Assembly (NCBI GenBank): GCA_049523355.1
Contig: JBEKMY010000001.1
Coordinates: forward strand, 8,962 to 72,961
Reading direction: 5' to 3'
DNA from: Smithella sp.
GTDB lineage: Bacteria > Desulfobacterota > Syntrophia > Syntrophales > Smithellaceae
DNA: 64,000 nucleotides
The position numbers and the translations under genes were made by a program. Of this stretch, positions 20,656 through 33,417 are shown one piece after another (position 1 is the stretch's first letter; every line of letters begins with the position of its first letter). The notes beneath the pieces were generated by a model. The model did not search any database, was not told where the DNA came from, and saw only the letters and a list, made by a program, of their open reading frames with translations.

Positions 20656-20805
20656 ATGCGAAATAATATTATTTTGGCTTGTACGGAATGCAAGCAAAGA
20701 AATTATACGACGACAAAAAATAAGCGGACCATGCAAAACCGTCTGGAAATGAAAAAATATTGCAAGTTTTGCCGAGGGCATAAACTGCACAGGGAAACCA
20801 AGTAG
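20656..20805 (+). CDS. rpmG: 50S ribosomal protein L33, zinc-binding type (not in the ORF track)
   Basis: [49 protein letters not shown]; AAGGAG RBS. Confidence 0.96.
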   Translation: MRNNIILACTECKQRNYTTTKNKRTMQNRLEMKKYCKFCRGHKLHRETK

Positions 20806-20817
20806 TAAATTTGGTAT

Positions 20818-20894
20818 AGGCCAGTAGCTCTAATGGATAGAGCGCCGGACTCCAAATCCGGATGCTGGGGGTTCAAGTCCCTCCTGGCCTGCCA
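20818..20894 (+). tRNA. tRNA-Trp(CCA)
   Basis: AGGCCAG acceptor stem, CTCCAAA loop, GTTCAAG, CCA; canonical position between rpmG and secE. Confidence 0.96.
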
Positions 20895-20922
20895 TTTTTT
20901 CTTTATTTAAGGATTTTAAAAT

Positions 20923-21126
20923 ATGGAAAAAATAAAAGAAGCGATTCAAAAGATAACTCAGTTTATCAAAGAAGCTAAGATTGAGTTAAAGAAAGTTACC
21001 TGGCCGACTCCGAAACAAACGATGGCTTCTACGGCAGTTGTAATAATTTTAGTTTTCATTCTTTCAATTATTCTGGGCATTTTTGATTTTGCCCTCGCCA
21101 AAGCGGTTAAACTTATATTAGGTTAG
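20923..21126 (+). CDS. secE: Preprotein translocase subunit SecE
   Basis: ELKKVTWP plus one TM. Confidence 0.95.
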   Translation: MEKIKEAIQKITQFIKEAKIELKKVTWPTPKQTMASTAVVIILVFILSIILGIFDFALAKAVKLILG

Positions 21127-21130
21127 AAAA

Positions 21131-21661
21131 ATGGCTTTTAAATGGTACGTTGTTCATACTTATTCCGGATATGAGAATAAGGTAAAAATAAGTCTAGAGG
21201 AAAGAATTGAGATAACGGGCACTCAGGCTTATTTTTCTGACATTCTTATTCCCGAGGAAGATGTTGTGGAATTGATTTCAGGGGAAAAGAAAAATTCCAA
21301 ACGTAAGTTTTTCCCGGGGTATATTCTTGTCCGAATGGAAATGAATGATGAGGCTTGGCACGTTGTAAAAGATACTCCCAAAGTTACCGGTTTCATCGGC
21401 AGCAAAGATAAACCTTCGCCCATACCTGATAAAGATGTGGAAAATTTAAAGTTCAGGATTGATGAAGGGACTTTAAAACCAAAACCTAAGTTCAAATTCG
21501 ATGTAGGTGATCATGTAAGAATTATTGACGGGCCTTTTACTAATTTTGATGGAATTATTGACGAATTAAAACCGGAAAAAAGTAAATTAAGAGTTATCGT
21601 AAGTATTTTTGGCAGGCCGACACCGGTGGAATTGGATTTTATTCAGGTAACTCAGGGTTAA
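21131..21661 (+). CDS. nusG: Transcription termination/antitermination factor NusG
   Basis: WYVVHTYSGYE, FPGYILV, KOW GPF, IFGRPTPVEL. Confidence 0.97.
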   Translation: MAFKWYVVHTYSGYENKVKISLEERIEITGTQAYFSDILIPEEDVVELISGEKKNSKRKFFPGYILVRMEMNDEAWHVVKDTPKVTGFIGSKDKPSPIPDKDVENLKFRIDEGTLKPKPKFKFDVGDHVRIIDGPFTNFDGIIDELKPEKSKLRVIVSIFGRPTPVELDFIQVTQG

Positions 21662-21718
21662 TGTGTTTATTGGCGGAACAGATAAGCTTTAAAAATATTT
21701 AGATCAGGGTGATTCAAC

Positions 21719-22144
21719 ATGGCAAAAAAAATTATTGCGAATATTAAATTACAAATAAAAGCGGGTAAGGCAACTCCTTCGCCTCCTATCGGTCCGGCGT
21801 TGGGACAGCACGGCGTAAATATTATGGAATTCTGCAAAGCTTATAACGCTATGACGCAAAATCAGGAAGGAATGATTATTCCTGTGGTGATTACCGTTTA
21901 TGCCGACAGATCGTTTACATTTATAACAAAAACACCTCCGGTATCCGTGTTGCTTAAACAAGCGGCTAAAATTGCCAAAGGAGCCAGCGATCCGAAGAGG
22001 GAAAAAGTTGGAACAGTTACGGCCGGGCAGGTGAAAGAAATAGCTGAATTAAAGTATAAAGATTTAAATGCTGTAAATATTGAAGGCGCTATAAAGATAA
22101 TTGCCGGTACGGCAAGGTCAATGGGAATTGAAATCACAGGTTAA
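21719..22144 (+). CDS. rplK: 50S ribosomal protein L11
   Basis: [24 protein letters not shown]. Confidence 0.98.
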   Translation: MAKKIIANIKLQIKAGKATPSPPIGPALGQHGVNIMEFCKAYNAMTQNQEGMIIPVVITVYADRSFTFITKTPPVSVLLKQAAKIAKGASDPKREKVGTVTAGQVKEIAELKYKDLNAVNIEGAIKIIAGTARSMGIEITG

Positions 22145-22162
22145 TAATTACGAGGTTTTATC

Positions 22163-22861
22163 ATGTTAAAAAAAGGCAAACGTATATTGGCAGCGAAAGC
22201 TAAGGTTGAACCAGGCAAACGATATTCACTGAAAGAGGCTTCGGAAATTGTTACATCGACGGCCGCAACAAAATTTGATGAAACTGTGGATGCGGCCATT
22301 CGCTTAGGCGTCAATCCTGCTCATGCCGATCAGATGGTGCGGGGCAGTGTAGTTTTGCCCCATGGCTTGGGAAAAACAGTACGGATTTTAGTATTTGCTA
22401 AAGGGGAAAAGGAAAAAGAAGCTCTGGAAGCCGGTGCGGATTTAGTCGGTAATGACGATATTATTGAAAAGATTAAAGGCGGCTGGATGGAGTTTGATCG
22501 TGTTATCGCGACTCCGGATATGATGGGTTCCGTGGGAAAGATTGGTAAAATTTTAGGCCCACGCGGTTTAATGCCCAATCCCAAGGTAGGAACGGTAACT
22601 TTTGAAGTTGCCAATGCGGTGAAGGAACTAAAAGCTGGCAAAGTTGAATTTCGCGTTGAAAAAGCGGGAATCGTTCATTCTCCCGTGGGGAAAGTATCTT
22701 TCGGCGCTGAAAAATTAAGAGAAAATGTCAGCGCTTTGTTGGAAACAATTATTAAGTTAAAGCCGGCATCAAGTAAAGGCATTTATATTAAAAGTATTTC
22801 TCTTTCAAGCACAATGGGTGTTGGTGTGAGAATTGACCCTCTCGATATTAAAGCTGCTTAA
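22163..22861 (+). CDS. rplA: 50S ribosomal protein L1
   Basis: [24 protein letters not shown]. Confidence 0.98.
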   Translation: MLKKGKRILAAKAKVEPGKRYSLKEASEIVTSTAATKFDETVDAAIRLGVNPAHADQMVRGSVVLPHGLGKTVRILVFAKGEKEKEALEAGADLVGNDDIIEKIKGGWMEFDRVIATPDMMGSVGKIGKILGPRGLMPNPKVGTVTFEVANAVKELKAGKVEFRVEKAGIVHSPVGKVSFGAEKLRENVSALLETIIKLKPASSKGIYIKSISLSSTMGVGVRIDPLDIKAA

Positions 22862-22895
22862 TGAAAAAATATTGAGAGTTTTTTTGAAATAGAAT

Positions 22896-23068
22896 GAGGT
22901 CGAAGACAGCAGGTACAGAAGTTTAAACGTAATACGGCCTGCCGAGACTCGTAAAATGAAAATAGTTACTTTGTTTTTTATGAAGGTAAGCAATTTTTAT
23001 AAAACGGGAATCGGATTGGGCAAGGTTACCGTTTTTTTGTTCTGTATGTGGCTAGAATCTCCGGCCTC
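22896..23068 (+). promoter_or_regulatory. L10 leader (rplJL autoregulatory RNA)
   Basis: GAAGACAGCAGGT...GTTTAAAC...GCCTGCCGAGAC core; closing helix GAGGTCGAAGA/TCTCCGGCCTC; located between rplA and rplJ. Confidence 0.75.
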
Positions 23069-23103
23069 AAGAAATAAAATAACTTTGAAAGGAGGCTGAT
23101 AGA

Positions 23104-23628
23104 TTGGATCGGAGAACTAAAGAGCAAATTATATCCGAACTGCAAAAGAAACTCAAAGAAGCAAACCTAGGTGTTCTGACCAGCTTTAGTGGGATGAATG
23201 TCGAAAAAATGGAAACCTTGAGAAATGAGCTGCGCAAGTCCAATGCTGAATGGAAGGTTGTAAAAAACACTCTTTTGAGAATTGCTTCAGATGGCACAGA
23301 TTTTAGCATTCTTGCTGATCATTTCAAGTGGCCTGTTGCGGTTGTTCTGAGCTATAAAGACCCTGTGGCGCCGGCTAAGATTCTGATTGATTTTGCCAAG
23401 AAAAATCCGGAATTGGAAATTAAGGTTGGCGTACTGGATAAAAAGCTTTTAACGAAGAGTGATATTACTGTTTTGGCGGAATTACCCAGCAAAGAGGTTC
23501 TTTTGGGCAAATTAGTTTCGGTAATGGCGGCGGTACCGACATCGTTCGTGACCGTTTTAAGTGGCGTTCCGAGAAGCTTTGTGCAAGTGCTCAATGCCTA
23601 TTGTGATAAGAAAAAAACTTTAAACTAA
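23104..23628 (+). CDS. rplJ: 50S ribosomal protein L10
   Basis: [18 protein letters not shown]; TTG start after GAAAGGAGG. Confidence 0.96.
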   Translation: MDRRTKEQIISELQKKLKEANLGVLTSFSGMNVEKMETLRNELRKSNAEWKVVKNTLLRIASDGTDFSILADHFKWPVAVVLSYKDPVAPAKILIDFAKKNPELEIKVGVLDKKLLTKSDITVLAELPSKEVLLGKLVSVMAAVPTSFVTVLSGVPRSFVQVLNAYCDKKKTLN

Positions 23629-23654
23629 TAAAACATACAGAAAGGGATAGAAAA

Positions 23655-24041
23655 ATGTCAGATAAAATTACTAAAGATGATGTAGTTAAATTTATTGAAG
23701 AAATGACTGTATTAGAGCTTTCTGCTCTGGTAAAAGAATTAGAAGAAAAATTCGGCGTATCCGCGGCCGCTCCCATGATGGCTGCTGTTGCCGCTCCTGG
23801 CGCTGCCGCTGCGGCTCCGGCTGAAGAAAAAACAGAATTTGATGTAATTCTCACAGGTTTCGGCGCGGAAAAGATTCAGGTAATTAAAGTTGTTCGCGCT
23901 ATTACCAACCTTGGACTTAAAGAAGCAAAGGATTTGGTGGAGGGCGTGCCTAAGCCTATTAAAGAAGGTGTTTCCAAGGATGAAGCCGCGGAAATCAAGA
24001 AGAAAATCGAAGAAGTTGGCGGGACCGTTGAGGTTAAATAA
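23655..24041 (+). CDS. rplL: 50S ribosomal protein L7/L12
   Basis: [31 protein letters not shown]. Confidence 0.98.
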   Translation: MSDKITKDDVVKFIEEMTVLELSALVKELEEKFGVSAAAPMMAAVAAPGAAAAAPAEEKTEFDVILTGFGAEKIQVIKVVRAITNLGLKEAKDLVEGVPKPIKEGVSKDEAAEIKKKIEEVGGTVEVK

Positions 24042-24077
24042 CGCAATCTTCAACATATAATTTTATTTAAGGATGCT

Positions 24078-27000
24078 ATGGGTGACTTTAGAAAATATTT
24101 TGGTCAGGTAAAAAAGATACTGGATATCCCCAACTTAATTGATATTCAGACACAATCTTATGAAAAATTCCTTCAAAAGGAAATAGCGCCGGCAAAGCGG
24201 GACAATCTTGGTTTGCAAGGCGCTTTTAAAAGTGTCTTTCCCATTTCAGATTTCAGCGGAAAGTGTTCTCTGGAATTTGTAAGTTATAAGCTGGGTGATA
24301 TCCGGTATGACGTGAAGGAATGTATTCAAAAAGGGATGACCTATGCTGCTCCTTTGAAAATTGTGGTCAGGCTGGTTGTTTTTGAAGTTGACCGTCCGGC
24401 TGACGGCAAAAGTAACCGCGAAACAGCTGAAACAAAGCAGATCCGCGATATTAAAGAGCAGGAAGTCTACTTCGGTGAAATTCCGCTGATGACTGAAAAT
24501 GGCACTTTTATCATTAACGGGACGGAAAGGGTTATTGTTAACCAGCTGCATCGTTCGCCGGGTATCTTTTTTGATCACGACAAAGGTAAAATTGTCGCCA
24601 GCGGGAAGTTGATATATTCAGCGCGAATTATTCCTATCAGGGGTTCCTGGCTGGATTTAGAGTTTGATTCCAAAGACATTCTTTATGTAAGAATTGACCG
24701 CCGTAGAAAAATGCCTGTCACTATCCTGTTGAAAGCGCTGGGTAAATCGACAGAATTTATTTTAAATTATTTTTACAGTGTCAATACAGTTGTAATTGAA
24801 AATAAGAAAGTTTATTTTACCGTTGACGATTCTCTTGTCGGTCAAAAAGCGCCCGAAGACGTAAAAGATCCCAAAAACGCTGAGATAATTGTTAAAAAAG
24901 GCCGCAAGCTTACAAAGCCTCTTTTGAAGAGAATAGTTGATGTGGGCATCAAGCGTGTTGCGATTAACGAGAGTGAACTGGCCGGTAAAATTCCTTCTCA
25001 GGATATTCGCGATCCGGAAACAAATGAAATTATCTTCCGTTGCAACGAGGAATTGCCTTTAAACTGCCTGGAAATAATCAGGGAAAAGAATGTCAGAGAA
25101 TTAAAGATTATCCATATTGATGAAGATATGGATAATGCTTCCATCAGAGATACCTTGCTGCTGGATAAAATTGATACCACAGAAGATGCAATAATGGAAA
25201 TATATCGCCGTTTGCGTCCGAGCAATCCCCCCACTCCGGAAACGGGAGATAAATTTTTCAAAAGCCTGTTCTTTGAACCGGCAACTTATGACTTGTCAAA
25301 TGTCGGTCGCGCAAAAATGAATTACAAATTACACATGAATGTGCCGACTGATATTACGGTATTGCGTAATGAAGATATTTTGTCCGCGGTTAAGTATTTG
25401 ATTGACCTGAAAAATGGTGTTGGAGATTGCAATGTTGATGATATTGATCATTTAGGGAACCGCAGAGTGAGGTCGGTCGGCGAGCTTATTGAAAATCAGT
25501 ACCGCATTGGTTTAGTGCGTATGGAGCGGGCTATCAAGGAAAAAATGAGCCTGCAGGATATCGAAACAATGATGCCGCACGACCTGATTAACGCTAAGCC
25601 CGTTTCCGCTGTTGTTAATGAATTCTTTAATTCCAGCCAGCTTTCTCAGTTTATGGATCAGACTAATCCTCTATCTGAAATTACGCACAAAAGACGTCTA
25701 TCAGCATTAGGCCCTGGTGGTTTGACCAGGGAAAGGGCAGGATTCGAAGTCAGAGATGTTCATCCTACCCATTACGGCCGTATTTGTCCGATAGAAACAC
25801 CGGAAGGACCTAATATCGGTTTGATCGTATCTCTCAGCACTTATGCGAGGGTAAACGAATTTGGTTTTATTGAAACACCCTATAGGATGGTAGAAAATGG
25901 CCGTGTTTCTGATGATGTCCGTTTTGTAACAGCAATTGAAGAAGAAAATAAAATTATTGCTTCAGCAGACCGTCCTTTGAATAAGCAGGACAAATTTGTT
26001 GAAGAGTTGATATCAGTTAGAAAAGGCGGCAGTTATATTTCTGTCGTGCCGGAAGAAATTAAAATGATGGATGTTTCGCCTACCCAACTTGTCAGTATCG
26101 CCGCGGCATTAATCCCATTTCTGGAACATGATGATGCCAATCGTGCTCTTATGGGATCAAATATGCAGAGGCAATCGGTTCCGTTAATGAGACCGGAAGT
26201 TCCTGTAGTGGGTACAGGTGTAGAATCTATTGTTGCCCGTGATTCCGGCGCCGTTGTTGCAGCAAGGAGATCTGGCGTTGTGGAAAGCGTTGATGCCTCG
26301 CGAATTATTGTCCGTGCGGACCGTATAGAAGAAGATGGTATAGACAGCGGTGTTGATATTTATAATTTAGCCAAATACCAGAGATCTAATCAGGATACTT
26401 GCTTTAATCAAAAACCGATAGTTAATGCCGGTCAACGCATTCACAAAAAAGATATATTGGCTGATGGTCCGGCAATTGATAACGGTGAATTAGCACTCGG
26501 CAGAAATGTTATGGTTGCCTTCATGTCATGGGGCGGCTATGACTACGAAGATTCCATTCTGGTCAGTGAAAGAATAGTCAAGGAAGATATTTTTACATCA
26601 ATTCATATTGAAGAATTTGAAACAATGTCCCGTGATACTAAATTGGGCAAAGAAGAAATTACTCGTGATATTCCGAACGTCGGTGAAGAAGTCCTCAAAA
26701 ATTTAGATGAAAGCGGCATTATTTGCATTGGCGTTTCAGTGAAGCCTGGAGATGTTCTTGTCGGGAAGATAACCCCTAAAGGTGAAACTCAGTTATCTGC
26801 CGAGGAAAAGCTCTTGCGGGCGATATTCGGAGAAAAGGCAAGCGATGTGCGAGATACATCATTGCGCGTCCCTCCCGGCGTTGAAGGTACAGTAATTGAC
26901 GCTAAAATCTTTACGAGAAAAGGCGCCGAAAGCGATCTGCGTTCGCAAGCCATCGAAAGTGAAGCTATTGAACAAATAACTCAAGACAGAGATGACGAAA

Positions 27001-28205
27001 TCCGTATCCTGACTGAAACAATTAAGAAAGATATTACAAAAATTATTATTGGAAAAACGGCAGCCACCAAAATAGTAGATGCTAAAAAGAAAACAATTTT
27101 AAAGAAAGGCGATAAAATCACAAAAGAGATTTGGAATGATTTGCCTTTCTCCTGCTGGAAAGAAATTACCATTGCTGAAAATGACAGCACAGAAGAAAAG
27201 ATCAATAACCTGATTGCGTCCCTGGAGAGAAAAATTGATTTCGTCAATGCTCATTTTGAAGAGCAATTAGAAAAGATCAAAGCCAGCGATGAGCTTCCTC
27301 CGGGTGTTATTAAAATGGTCAAGGTTTATATCGCTATTAAAAGAAAACTTTCCGTAGGTGATAAAATGGCAGGCCGTCACGGGAACAAAGGCGTTTTATC
27401 GCGTATTTTACCGGAAGAAGATATGCCATGTTTTGCTGATGGATCTACTGTGGATATTGTATTGAATCCCTTGGGCGTTCCTTCGCGAATGAATGTTGGA
27501 CAAATTCTGGAAACTCATCTGGGTTGGGCGGCAAGATCAATAGGGGAGAGCTTAAACGAACTTTGGGAAAAGCACTCAAATTTAAATAATATTAAAGTCG
27601 AATTGAAAAAAACTTATTCCTCTCCGGATTTTGATAAGTTTATTGATCAGGCTTCCGCTGAAGACATCAGAAGATTTATGGGCCGTTTAAAGAAAGGAAT
27701 GCTCGTAGCCAGTCCTGTTTTTGATGGATGTCCTGAAGAGCAAATCAGAGAAATGTTAAAAAGGGCTGATTTGCCCCAGACAGGTCAATCCGTTCTTTTT
27801 GACGGCAGAACAGGCGAACCCTTTGATCAGGAAGTTACAGTGGGCATTATTTACATGATGAAGTTGCACCACCTGGTTGATAATAAAATTCATGCGCGTT
27901 CCATAGGCCCCTATTCACTGGTGACACAGCAGCCGTTAGGTGGTAAGGCTCAATTCGGTGGTCAGAGGTTGGGAGAAATGGAAGTATGGGCTATGGAAGC
28001 TTATGGAGCGGCTTATGCGTTACAGGAATTTCTCACAGTCAAATCCGATGATGTGGCGGGGAGAACCAGAATTTACGAATCTATTGTAAAGGGCGAACAT
28101 ACATTTGAGTCGGGTCTGCCGGAATCCTTTAACGTGCTCGTTAAAGAACTCCAGGGACTTGGATTAGACGTGGAATTAATTGAGGAAGCTGATAACTTGA
28201 GCTGA
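24078..28205 (+). CDS. rpoB: RNA polymerase beta subunit
   Basis: [42 protein letters not shown]. Confidence 0.99.
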   Translation: MGDFRKYFGQVKKILDIPNLIDIQTQSYEKFLQKEIAPAKRDNLGLQGAFKSVFPISDFSGKCSLEFVSYKLGDIRYDVKECIQKGMTYAAPLKIVVRLVVFEVDRPADGKSNRETAETKQIRDIKEQEVYFGEIPLMTENGTFIINGTERVIVNQLHRSPGIFFDHDKGKIVASGKLIYSARIIPIRGSWLDLEFDSKDILYVRIDRRRKMPVTILLKALGKSTEFILNYFYSVNTVVIENKKVYFTVDDSLVGQKAPEDVKDPKNAEIIVKKGRKLTKPLLKRIVDVGIKRVAINESELAGKIPSQDIRDPETNEIIFRCNEELPLNCLEIIREKNVRELKIIHIDEDMDNASIRDTLLLDKIDTTEDAIMEIYRRLRPSNPPTPETGDKFFKSLFFEPATYDLSNVGRAKMNYKLHMNVPTDITVLRNEDILSAVKYLIDLKNGVGDCNVDDIDHLGNRRVRSVGELIENQYRIGLVRMERAIKEKMSLQDIETMMPHDLINAKPVSAVVNEFFNSSQLSQFMDQTNPLSEITHKRRLSALGPGGLTRERAGFEVRDVHPTHYGRICPIETPEGPNIGLIVSLSTYARVNEFGFIETPYRMVENGRVSDDVRFVTAIEEENKIIASADRPLNKQDKFVEELISVRKGGSYISVVPEEIKMMDVSPTQLVSIAAALIPFLEHDDANRALMGSNMQRQSVPLMRPEVPVVGTGVESIVARDSGAVVAARRSGVVESVDASRIIVRADRIEEDGIDSGVDIYNLAKYQRSNQDTCFNQKPIVNAGQRIHKKDILADGPAIDNGELALGRNVMVAFMSWGGYDYEDSILVSERIVKEDIFTSIHIEEFETMSRDTKLGKEEITRDIPNVGEEVLKNLDESGIICIGVSVKPGDVLVGKITPKGETQLSAEEKLLRAIFGEKASDVRDTSLRVPPGVEGTVIDAKIFTRKGAESDLRSQAIESEAIEQITQDRDDEIRILTETIKKDITKIIIGKTAATKIVDAKKKTILKKGDKITKEIWNDLPFSCWKEITIAENDSTEEKINNLIASLERKIDFVNAHFEEQLEKIKASDELPPGVIKMVKVYIAIKRKLSVGDKMAGRHGNKGVLSRILPEEDMPCFADGSTVDIVLNPLGVPSRMNVGQILETHLGWAARSIGESLNELWEKHSNLNNIKVELKKTYSSPDFDKFIDQASAEDIRRFMGRLKKGMLVASPVFDGCPEEQIREMLKRADLPQTGQSVLFDGRTGEPFDQEVTVGIIYMMKLHHLVDNKIHARSIGPYSLVTQQPLGGKAQFGGQRLGEMEVWAMEAYGAAYALQEFLTVKSDDVAGRTRIYESIVKGEHTFESGLPESFNVLVKELQGLGLDVELIEEADNLS

Positions 28206-28293
28206 AAAGCTGAAGTTGGCGGCCCGCGGGAGACAATTGAATAGAAGTAACTCAAAAATTTCACTTAAGCTTTAATAGCACAGGAGAAAATCC

Positions 28294-31200
28294 GTGGAAG
28301 ATGTTTTCAGTTATTTTGAAAAACCGAAGAATCAAGTAAAATTTAATGCAATGAAAATTTCCATTGCTTCACCGGAGAAAATTCTTTCCTGGTCACGTGG
28401 CGAAGTAAAGAAACCGGAAACGATCAATTACCGGACATTTAAACCGGAAAAAGATGGACTTTTTTGCGCAAAGATTTTTGGTCCGGTAAAGGATTATGAA
28501 TGTCTTTGCGGACGTTACAAGAGAATGAAACACCGTGGGGTAGTTTGCGAAAAGTGCGGTGTAGAAGTTATTCAATCCAAGGTTCGCCGGGAAAGAATGG
28601 GACATATTACCTTAGCGACCCCAGTGTCTCATATCTGGTTTCTGAAGAGCCTTCCGAGCCGTATTGGCAATGCTGTAGACTTGTCATTAAAGGAACTGGA
28701 AAAGGTTCTTTATTTTGAATCATGGATCGTCCTTGATCCTAAAAGCACTCCCTTAAAGAAAAGAGATCTGCTTACGGATGAAGAATACGATGAAGCAAGA
28801 GAACAATATGGTAATGATAGCTTCGTTGCGGGAATTGGCGCCGAAGCCATCAGACAGTTATTGGAAGAAATTGATTTAGAAAAGCTCTACGAAGAACTGC
28901 GCACGGAAATTGTCAGCGCCGTTTCCGATACCAAGAAAAAGAAACTTGTTAAAAGGTTGAAGGTCGTGGAAGCGTTGCGTAAATCCAGAAATAAGCCCGA
29001 ATGGATGATTTTAACGGTACTTCCCGTTATTCCGCCTGACTTGCGGCCACTGGTTCCTCTGGATGGAGGACGTTTTGCCACATCTGACCTCAACGATTTA
29101 TACCGGCGTGTTATCAACAGAAATAATCGTTTGAAACGTTTGCAGGAATTAAATGCGCCGGAAATAATTATCCGCAACGAAAAACGCATGTTGCAGGAAG
29201 CGGTAGATGTTCTTTTTGATAATGGCCGTCGCGGCAGGGCTATTACCGGAACCAATAAAAGGCCTCTGCGCTCCTTATCCGATATGCTCAAAGGCAAACA
29301 GGGTCGTTTTCGCCAGAATTTACTGGGGAAAAGAGTTGACTATTCCGGACGATCAGTTGTTACAGTCGGGCCTGATTTAAGGCTGCATCAGTGCGGTTTG
29401 CCCAAGAAAATGGCGATCGAACTTTTTAAACCCTTTATCTACAATCGCTTGCTGGAAAAAGGATATGTAACTACCGTAAAAAGCGCCAAGAAAATGGTGG
29501 AAAAGGAAACAGCCGAAGTTTGGGATGCATTGGATGAAGTGGTGCGCGAATATCCCGTTATTCTAAACCGCGCTCCAACCCTGCATCGTTTGGGCATACA
29601 AGCTTTTGAACCGGTGTTAATTGAAGGTAAAGCTATACAGCTTCATCCTCTGGTGTGTACGGCTTTTAACGCGGACTTTGATGGAGATCAAATGGCTGTT
29701 CACATTCCGCTGTCCATTGAGGCGCAGACGGAAGCTCGCGTCCTCATGATGTCTACCAACAATATTCTTTCTCCGGCAAACGGAAGTCCGATAATCATTC
29801 CCAGTCAGGATATCGTTTTGGGTATTTATTATCTGACACGAGTGAAGACAGAAGCTAAGGGTGAAGGAATGCTTTTTGCTGGTCCGGATGAAGTGCGTTC
29901 GGCCATTGATGCTGGCATGATTGATTTACATGCACGTATTAAAGTGCGCATTAATTCGGAATTAAAAGAAACAACAGCGGGAAGAATTATACTTTCAGAA
30001 ATAGTTCCCGAACAAATTAATTTTGATATGATCAATAAGTTGATGAATAAAAAGGAACTGACCAATTTAATTGATCATTGTTATCGTTTGTGCGGAGATA
30101 AGGCAACTATTATTTTAGCCGATAAACTTAAGGATATGGGCTTTAAATATGCCACTGTTTCCGGGATTTCTTTTGCTATTAGCAATATGATTATTCCTGA
30201 AAACAAAAAACGCATTGTTTCTCAGGCCGATAAAGATGTTTTAAAAATCCAAAAACAGTATATGGACGGTTTAATTACCGATGGTGAGCGTTATAATAAG
30301 GTCGTGGATATCTGGGCGCAGGCTACAGAAAAAATAGCTTCCGAGATGATGAAGGACATCAGCACTGAAGAAGTTTCCTCATCTGATGGGAAAAAGCGCA
30401 GAATTGAAAGTTTCAATCCGATTTACATGATGGCCGATTCAGGCGCCCGCGGTTCGGGGCAGCAACTCAGGCAATTGGCCGGTATGCGCGGTTTGATGGC
30501 TAAGCCGTCAGGTGAAATTATCGAGACGCCGATTACAGCTAATTTCCGCGAAGGGCTTACCGTTCTTCAGTATTTCATCTCAACTCACGGCGCGCGTAAA
30601 GGCTTGGCCGATACGGCGTTGAAAACAGCCAATTCCGGTTATCTGACAAGAAGGTTGGTGGATGTTGCGCAGGACTGCATCATTACGGAGCATGATTGCG
30701 AGACAGTTGATGGCGTGTATGTCTCCGCGCTTATGGAAGGCGGTGAAATTATCGAAACCGCCGGAGAGCGTGTTCTGGGTAGGGTTGCGTTGCAGGAAAT
30801 TAAAGACCCATTTACCGGTGAGGTCATTGTTAAAGCCAATGAAGATATAGATGAGGCTCTGGTTGAAAAGATCGACCATGCCGGTATCGAACAGGTCAAC
30901 ATTAGATCAGTTTTAACTTGTCGTTCCAAACATGGCGTTTGTGCCAAGTGCTATGGACGCGATCTGGCTCATGGGCATCTGGTAAATATTGGTGAAGCTG
31001 TCGGTATAGTTGCGGCTCAATCCATTGGTGAACCGGGTACGCAGTTGACCATGAGAACTTTTCATATCGGTGGTACAGCGAAATTTGATGAACATTCCAC
31101 TCTGGAAGCACATCATGATGGAGTGATTAAGTTTGTTAACTTAAATACGGTAAAAACCAGAGAAGGCGATCTGGTTGTGATGAAACGTCATGGTGAGGTC

Positions 31201-32388
31201 CATGTTCTTGATGAACAGAAACGCAGTCGTGGCAAATATATGGTGTCTTACGGCGCCCATCTGAAAGTGAATGAAGATAGTTATATTAAAAAAGGTCAGT
31301 TAATTGCCGAATGGGATCCCTTCTCTATACCGATTTTAGCTGAAGTTGATGGAACAATTAAATTTGATGATATTACCGAAGGAAAAACAATGCAGGAACA
31401 GGTTGATGAAGTTACCGGTCTGTCCCGTAAAATCATTGTCGAATTTAAAGGTGGAGATTTAAGGCCGCGTGTTTCTATCAAGGACAACAAAGGTAAAACT
31501 GCTAAATTGCCAGATTCGAATGCTGTGGCCCGTTATCTCTTGTCTGTAGGAGTAAATCTGGTTGTTTCTGAAGGAGACGAGGTCAAGGCCGGAGATATTA
31601 TTGCGAAAATTCCACGCGAAACAACAAAAACAAAGGATATTACAGGTGGCTTGCCTCGCGTAGCCGAACTTTTTGAAGCTCGCAAACCCAAAGATTTTGC
31701 TGTTATCAGCGAAATCAGCGGTGTTGTTTCCTACGGCAAAGATGCCAAGGGTAAGCGTAAGATAATTATCACTCCGGAGGTTGGAGAAGAAAAGGAATAC
31801 CTTATTGCCAAAGGCAAGCATATCAGTGTTCAGGAAGGCGACCAGGTTATACCGGGCGATGCCTTGATGTCCGGCGTAAATAATCCTCATGATCTACTAT
31901 CCATAAAGGGCGAAAAAGAACTGGCCAGATATCTGGTTGATGAAGTGCAGGAAGTCTACCGTTTACAGGGAGTAAAGATCAACGATAAGCACATGGAAGT
32001 CATTGTTCGTCAAATGCTCCGCAGAGTCAAGGTAATTGATCCGGGCGATACGACATTTCTTGCCGATGAAAAGATCGAGCGTTACCGTTTTCAGGAAGAA
32101 AACGAAAAGGTTGTAGCTCAAGGTGGCCGTCCTGCTATAGGAGAGCCGATGCTTTTGGGTATTACTAAAGCATCTCTCAGTACCCAGAGTTTTATTTCTG
32201 CTGCTTCGTTCCAGGAAACAACCAAAGTACTTACTGAAGCTGCCCTTTCAGGTAAAACCGATTATTTAAGGGGGCTTAAAGAAAACGTTATTATGGGTAG
32301 ATTGATAACGGCGGGTACCGGTTTGGTGATGTACCGGAAGCTGGGTATTAAGACGGCTGATGAAGAAGCCCAGGCCGATGCGGAATAA
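28294..32388 (+). CDS. rpoC: RNA polymerase beta' subunit
   Basis: [20 protein letters not shown], Zn-finger CLCG/CEKC. Confidence 0.99.
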   Translation: MEDVFSYFEKPKNQVKFNAMKISIASPEKILSWSRGEVKKPETINYRTFKPEKDGLFCAKIFGPVKDYECLCGRYKRMKHRGVVCEKCGVEVIQSKVRRERMGHITLATPVSHIWFLKSLPSRIGNAVDLSLKELEKVLYFESWIVLDPKSTPLKKRDLLTDEEYDEAREQYGNDSFVAGIGAEAIRQLLEEIDLEKLYEELRTEIVSAVSDTKKKKLVKRLKVVEALRKSRNKPEWMILTVLPVIPPDLRPLVPLDGGRFATSDLNDLYRRVINRNNRLKRLQELNAPEIIIRNEKRMLQEAVDVLFDNGRRGRAITGTNKRPLRSLSDMLKGKQGRFRQNLLGKRVDYSGRSVVTVGPDLRLHQCGLPKKMAIELFKPFIYNRLLEKGYVTTVKSAKKMVEKETAEVWDALDEVVREYPVILNRAPTLHRLGIQAFEPVLIEGKAIQLHPLVCTAFNADFDGDQMAVHIPLSIEAQTEARVLMMSTNNILSPANGSPIIIPSQDIVLGIYYLTRVKTEAKGEGMLFAGPDEVRSAIDAGMIDLHARIKVRINSELKETTAGRIILSEIVPEQINFDMINKLMNKKELTNLIDHCYRLCGDKATIILADKLKDMGFKYATVSGISFAISNMIIPENKKRIVSQADKDVLKIQKQYMDGLITDGERYNKVVDIWAQATEKIASEMMKDISTEEVSSSDGKKRRIESFNPIYMMADSGARGSGQQLRQLAGMRGLMAKPSGEIIETPITANFREGLTVLQYFISTHGARKGLADTALKTANSGYLTRRLVDVAQDCIITEHDCETVDGVYVSALMEGGEIIETAGERVLGRVALQEIKDPFTGEVIVKANEDIDEALVEKIDHAGIEQVNIRSVLTCRSKHGVCAKCYGRDLAHGHLVNIGEAVGIVAAQSIGEPGTQLTMRTFHIGGTAKFDEHSTLEAHHDGVIKFVNLNTVKTREGDLVVMKRHGEVHVLDEQKRSRGKYMVSYGAHLKVNEDSYIKKGQLIAEWDPFSIPILAEVDGTIKFDDITEGKTMQEQVDEVTGLSRKIIVEFKGGDLRPRVSIKDNKGKTAKLPDSNAVARYLLSVGVNLVVSEGDEVKAGDIIAKIPRETTKTKDITGGLPRVAELFEARKPKDFAVISEISGVVSYGKDAKGKRKIIITPEVGEEKEYLIAKGKHISVQEGDQVIPGDALMSGVNNPHDLLSIKGEKELARYLVDEVQEVYRLQGVKINDKHMEVIVRQMLRRVKVIDPGDTTFLADEKIERYRFQEENEKVVAQGGRPAIGEPMLLGITKASLSTQSFISAASFQETTKVLTEAALSGKTDYLRGLKENVIMGRLITAGTGLVMYRKLGIKTADEEAQADAE

Positions 32389-32410
32389 ATAAAATTTATT
32401 AAGAAAAAGC

Positions 32411-32439
32411 TTGACATATAAAATTTGAACTGGTACGTA
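32411..32439 (+). promoter_or_regulatory. Candidate sigma70 promoter of the str operon
   Basis: TTGACA-N17-TACGTA with a TG extended -10. Confidence 0.45.
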
Positions 32440-32498
32440 CCACCGGTTCGCTGCTGCAAATAGTAATTTAAAGAGCAGCGATTTGTTTTAGGAGGAAA

Positions 32499-32870
32499 AT
32501 GCCGACAATCAGTCAGTTGATTCGGAAAGGCCGGATCAAAGTAGAAAAGAAAACCAATACGCCTGCACTGGCGGGTTCACCGCAACGTCGCGGTGTCTGT
32601 GTCAGAGTTTATACGACGACGCCCAAAAAGCCGAATTCGGCCTTGCGGAAAGTCGCCAGGGTGCGTCTCACCAGTGGTTATGAGGTTACTTCCTACATTC
32701 CGGGTATCGGTCACAATCTGCAGGAACATTCCGTTGTTCTGGTGCGCGGAGGCAGAGTTAAGGATTTGCCTGGTGTAAGGTATCACGTTATCAGGGGTAC
32801 GCTTGATACTGTTGGAGTACAGGACCGCAAACAAGGCAGATCAAAGTACGGTGCAAAAAAGCCAAGCTAA
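32499..32870 (+). CDS. rpsL: 30S ribosomal protein S12
   Basis: [20 protein letters not shown]. Confidence 0.99.
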   Translation: MPTISQLIRKGRIKVEKKTNTPALAGSPQRRGVCVRVYTTTPKKPNSALRKVARVRLTSGYEVTSYIPGIGHNLQEHSVVLVRGGRVKDLPGVRYHVIRGTLDTVGVQDRKQGRSKYGAKKPS

Positions 32871-32889
32871 ATTAAACGGAGATAATTAA

Positions 32890-33360
32890 ATGCCGAGAAG
32901 ACGGGAAGTTGAAAAAAGAGATATTTTGCCCGATCCCAAGTTTAATAATAAACTGGTAGCAAAATTTGTTAATTCTTTATTGAAGCAAGGTAAAAAAAGC
33001 GTTGCGGAAAGCATTCTTTACGGGGCTTTTGATATTATCGAAAAGAGATTAAAAGAGCAGCCGGTTGAACTTTTCGAAAAGGCTTTAAATAACGTAAAGC
33101 CGGTTATTGAAGTAAAATCGAGGCGCGTCGGCGGCTCTACTTATCAGGTACCAACAGAAGTTGTCCCGGCCAGACGCACTGCGCTGGCAATTCGCTGGTT
33201 GATATCCAACGCTCAGGAACGCACGGAAAAAGCAATGCGTGAAAAACTGGCCGGTGAATTAATTGATGCCGCAAATAACCGGGGTGGAGCGATCAAGAAA
33301 AAAGAAGCTGTGCATAAGATGGCTGAAGCAAATAAGGCTTTTGCCCATTATAAATTTTAA
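32890..33360 (+). CDS. rpsG: 30S ribosomal protein S7
   Basis: [21 protein letters not shown]. Confidence 0.99.
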   Translation: MPRRREVEKRDILPDPKFNNKLVAKFVNSLLKQGKKSVAESILYGAFDIIEKRLKEQPVELFEKALNNVKPVIEVKSRRVGGSTYQVPTEVVPARRTALAIRWLISNAQERTEKAMREKLAGELIDAANNRGGAIKKKEAVHKMAEANKAFAHYKF

Positions 33361-33417
33361 GAGACTATTTTAAACGATAAGGAAACCAACCATTCAAAGT
33401 TAAGGAGGAAAGGTGAG

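Noticed and set aside
24078-32870. Inteins or resistance substitutions in rpoB, rpoC and rpsL
   Set aside because: Lengths are normal; the rifampicin cluster D/H/S residues and the S12 lysines are wild-type-like.
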